Notes under the pieces: generated by a model
The model's database searches: none
The model's input: the letters and a program-made list of their open reading frames with translations, nothing else
Told to the model about the DNA's origin: nothing
Shown: one piece after another, positions 61,451-64,000 of the stretch
Layout of the letters: every line of letters begins with the position of its first letter
Numbering within the stretch: position 1 is the first letter of the stretch
NCBI RefSeq assembly: GCF_009914755.1
Contig: NC_060943.1
Source: the human T2T-CHM13v2.0 reference genome, Homo sapiens
Strand: one strand, 5' to 3'
DNA length: 64,000 nt
Translations under genes and position numbers: made by a program

Positions 61451-63170
61451 TATTTAGATTTTATTTAAGTGCAATGGGAAGTCATTGGAGAATTTTAGGC
61501 CAGGGAGGTGACATCTGATTTCCCCTTTAAAAAAAATTGCTGGACGCTTGTTTAACTTGGAGCAAGGTTTCATTTTCCCTCATACCTTTCCTGCTTCTTA
61601 CATCCAAAGGGATTGGCAACCAGGCCAGTTCAGTCTGTTTAGGGGTCCCACAGGGGATCTGTGAGGCAAGTCACAGCTGTTGCCTAATGCACCCCACAGC
61701 CCTCCTCAGCAAGCGCACGGAAGTTCAGAGAGATGTGAGTAGCTCCCTTAGACCTGAGCCCAGTAGGTTCAATGGGTCTTTGTATGAAGTTCTCAGTCCG
61801 GGGAACCTTAGTCCTTTGGCAGCCAGAGGGGGATGGAGCTGAATGTGGTTTGAGGATAGAGCCAAGGGCACTGGTTGCAAGAGAGACAGATGGAAGAAAT
61901 GTTGAGTGGAGATCTGGAGCTCGAGACACTTAGAAAAAGCCTTCGGAGTGGTGTCCAGAAACCAACCACCTGAAAAATAGGTCTGTTGTTTGCCCAGTTG
62001 AAATAACTTTTCTTTAGTTCCTGCCTAAGAGGGGAATTTGGACACTTTGTAGCTTGTGAGTTTTTGACTTTTGATCTGTCCCCTTCCCCTCAGGTTGGCA
62101 TTTTCTTTGCTTCCAGGAGGAGCCTGAGACAAGCTGGCATCTCTGGAAGTCGGGGACTTCCCAACCAGAGAGTTTAGGTTTGGAGTCTTCAGGGGAATTA
62201 AGAGGGCAGGGAGCGATTCACCTCAGAATAGAGATGGGTAAAATCTGATAAATCAGAGTTGTGCCTTTTCCAGAGTCAGGGAAGCTGGGTTAGAGAGGGT
62301 GAGATTCCCTCAGCCTGTTGGTGATCTTTGAAAAGCCCTTTGTCCATGCCCACACCTGATAGATACCCAGCCAGTTACTAATCAGATGGCTGGCTGCATA
62401 CCTGAGATCTCCACCAGGGTCACTACCCGACCATCCATCCTCTACCCAGCATTGTGGGTCTAGCTTGAAGTAATTTAAAGAGCCCTTGGAGTCCTATCAG
62501 TAGGTTAGGAGTCACACTGCCCAGCTCTCAGAGAAGGTGGCCAGAAACCAGCAAGGTCAGAGATGTGCTGTGCTTAGTCATGTCACCTTGGGCCAGATCG
62601 CCATCAATTCATATCTTTTCTCATAATTTGCAGCCTACTATTTCCCACTTCTGAAAAATTTTTCCAATATATTTTCTGTGTTAAATCCGCTTCCTTTGAC
62701 ACTATGACAGCCAGGTGTGAGGGCCAACATCTCCTTGGTCTCTGGGATAGGCATCTAAGTCCCAGTCACGCCTTTTCTCTGGATCTGAAGATTTGGGTGA
62801 AAGTAGCTTTAATATCTGGTGTTGGCTTCATGTTTCTTCCAGGAGCTCAGCAGAGCAAGTACCCTGAAAGAGAAAGGCATGAGGCCTTCATGCCCCCTCA
62901 ACCCACACTCACCAGGCAAGTTTCAGCCCCTTCTTTCTGTTTGACCCCTTTGCTTCCTTTTTCAGGAAACTGGAGAGGCGTGGCTGGACCAAGACCTCCC
63001 CCCATGTGAGCAGGCTTCCTCCTCCCCCAACAACCGTTGCCACCACGCCCAGAAACGTCCTTAAGCCCTGGCCCTCAGGGGAAAGGTAACAGGAGGCCAG
63101 AGCCGGGACCATGTGACGGCGCTGGCCCTCGCCACCGCCGTCCCCCGACCCTGGCCCCAGGCCCGGCACC

Positions 63171-63366
63171 ATGATGTTCCGAGACCAGGTGGGCATCCTC
63201 GCTGGCTGGTTCAAAGGCTGGAATGAGTGTGAGCAGACAGTGGCCCTCCTGTCACTTCTGAAACGGGTCACCCGTACCCAGGCCCGCTTCCTGCAGCTCT
63301 GCCTGGAGCACTCACTGGCGGACTGCAATGACATCCACCTGCTGGAGTCGGAGGCCAACAGTGCTG
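63171..63366 (+). CDS. SAMD4B: Smaug homolog 2, first coding part of the exon starting at 62966; gene continues beyond the window
   Basis: ggcaccATGATG; [33 protein letters not shown]... is the Smaug N-terminal region; acceptor ctttttcag| at 62965, donor GCTG|gtgagt at 63366. Confidence 0.95.
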
Positions 63367-64000
63367 GTGAGTTTCCACCCTTAGAGATGGGAGCACAGCA
63401 GGAGGGAGACCTGGAACAGATGTCACATGGCTAAGAAGGTCAACCCAACAATGGGACTAAAAAACGTGGGTTCTAGGCTTGGTGGGTGGGGAGTTCCTTA
63501 CCTTCTAAGTTGTCATCATGGGTCTTCTGGGACTGTGTTGCCATAAATCCTCAGGCATGGTATGGTGGACTTATGGGAGAAGGCAATGCAAACTGGAAAC
63601 TCCCCATAACAGGAAGATCATGTAGAGTGGCTTATGTGGGCTGCTGAAAGGAACAGACTAAAGTCATTATGAAAGGCGTATAGAAGGTGAGCAGTAATTA
63701 ATTTCTTAAGCTTCAGGATATCAGGGCTAGGAGGGAATTTGAGAACTCTTCCAAAATTCATGTCATCCTATACTATTCTTTACCCTCAAAGGTAGGTTGG
63801 ACTTAAAGCATAAGCAGCTTCCAGAAAGTTTTGAATTTAGATACAGTTCATCCTGTCAGTTCCCTAAGTACTTATTAGGCACTCTGTGTCCTGTGAGATT
63901 GGCATTGGGATGGGTGAGCCAGGCTTCTCTTAAGACCTGTCCCTTAGGCCCCAGTTGTAGACAGGAGTCAGGCTAGAATCAGGGGCTACTGCTGAAGCTA

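Overview
Human (primate) genomic DNA that I recognise from the encoded proteins as the chr19q13.2 IFNL1-LRFN1-GMFG-SAMD4B segment. It holds three complete spliced genes whose exons I reconstructed by hand: IFNL1 (+, 5 coding exons, 200 aa), LRFN1/SALM2 (-, 2 coding exons, 771 aa) and GMFG (-, 7 coding exons, 142 aa). It also holds the promoter, 5' UTR exons and first coding exon of SAMD4B (+). The rest is very Alu-dense (roughly 55-60 copies or fragments by eye), with MIR, L2, old L1, LTR and hAT DNA-transposon relics, microsatellites and four CpG islands. I saw no tRNA, rRNA or CRISPR array, and most ORF-track entries are Alu or GC-rich artefacts. The most interesting unexplained signals are: (1) a degenerate ~30-bp-period motif array beside the LRFN1 promoter; (2) a perfect-Kozak LRFN1 upstream ATG that predicted 5' UTR cassette exons would switch between an N-terminal extension and a uORF; (3) an orphan six-box CCAAT array with ~32-bp spacing near an RFX X-box and a CTCF motif; (4) two ATG-TGA start-stop elements in the SAMD4B leader; (5) a same-strand CACCTG array in IFNL1 intron 2; (6) a U12-like donor in GMFG. 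Repeat boundaries are approximate and no database search was run.
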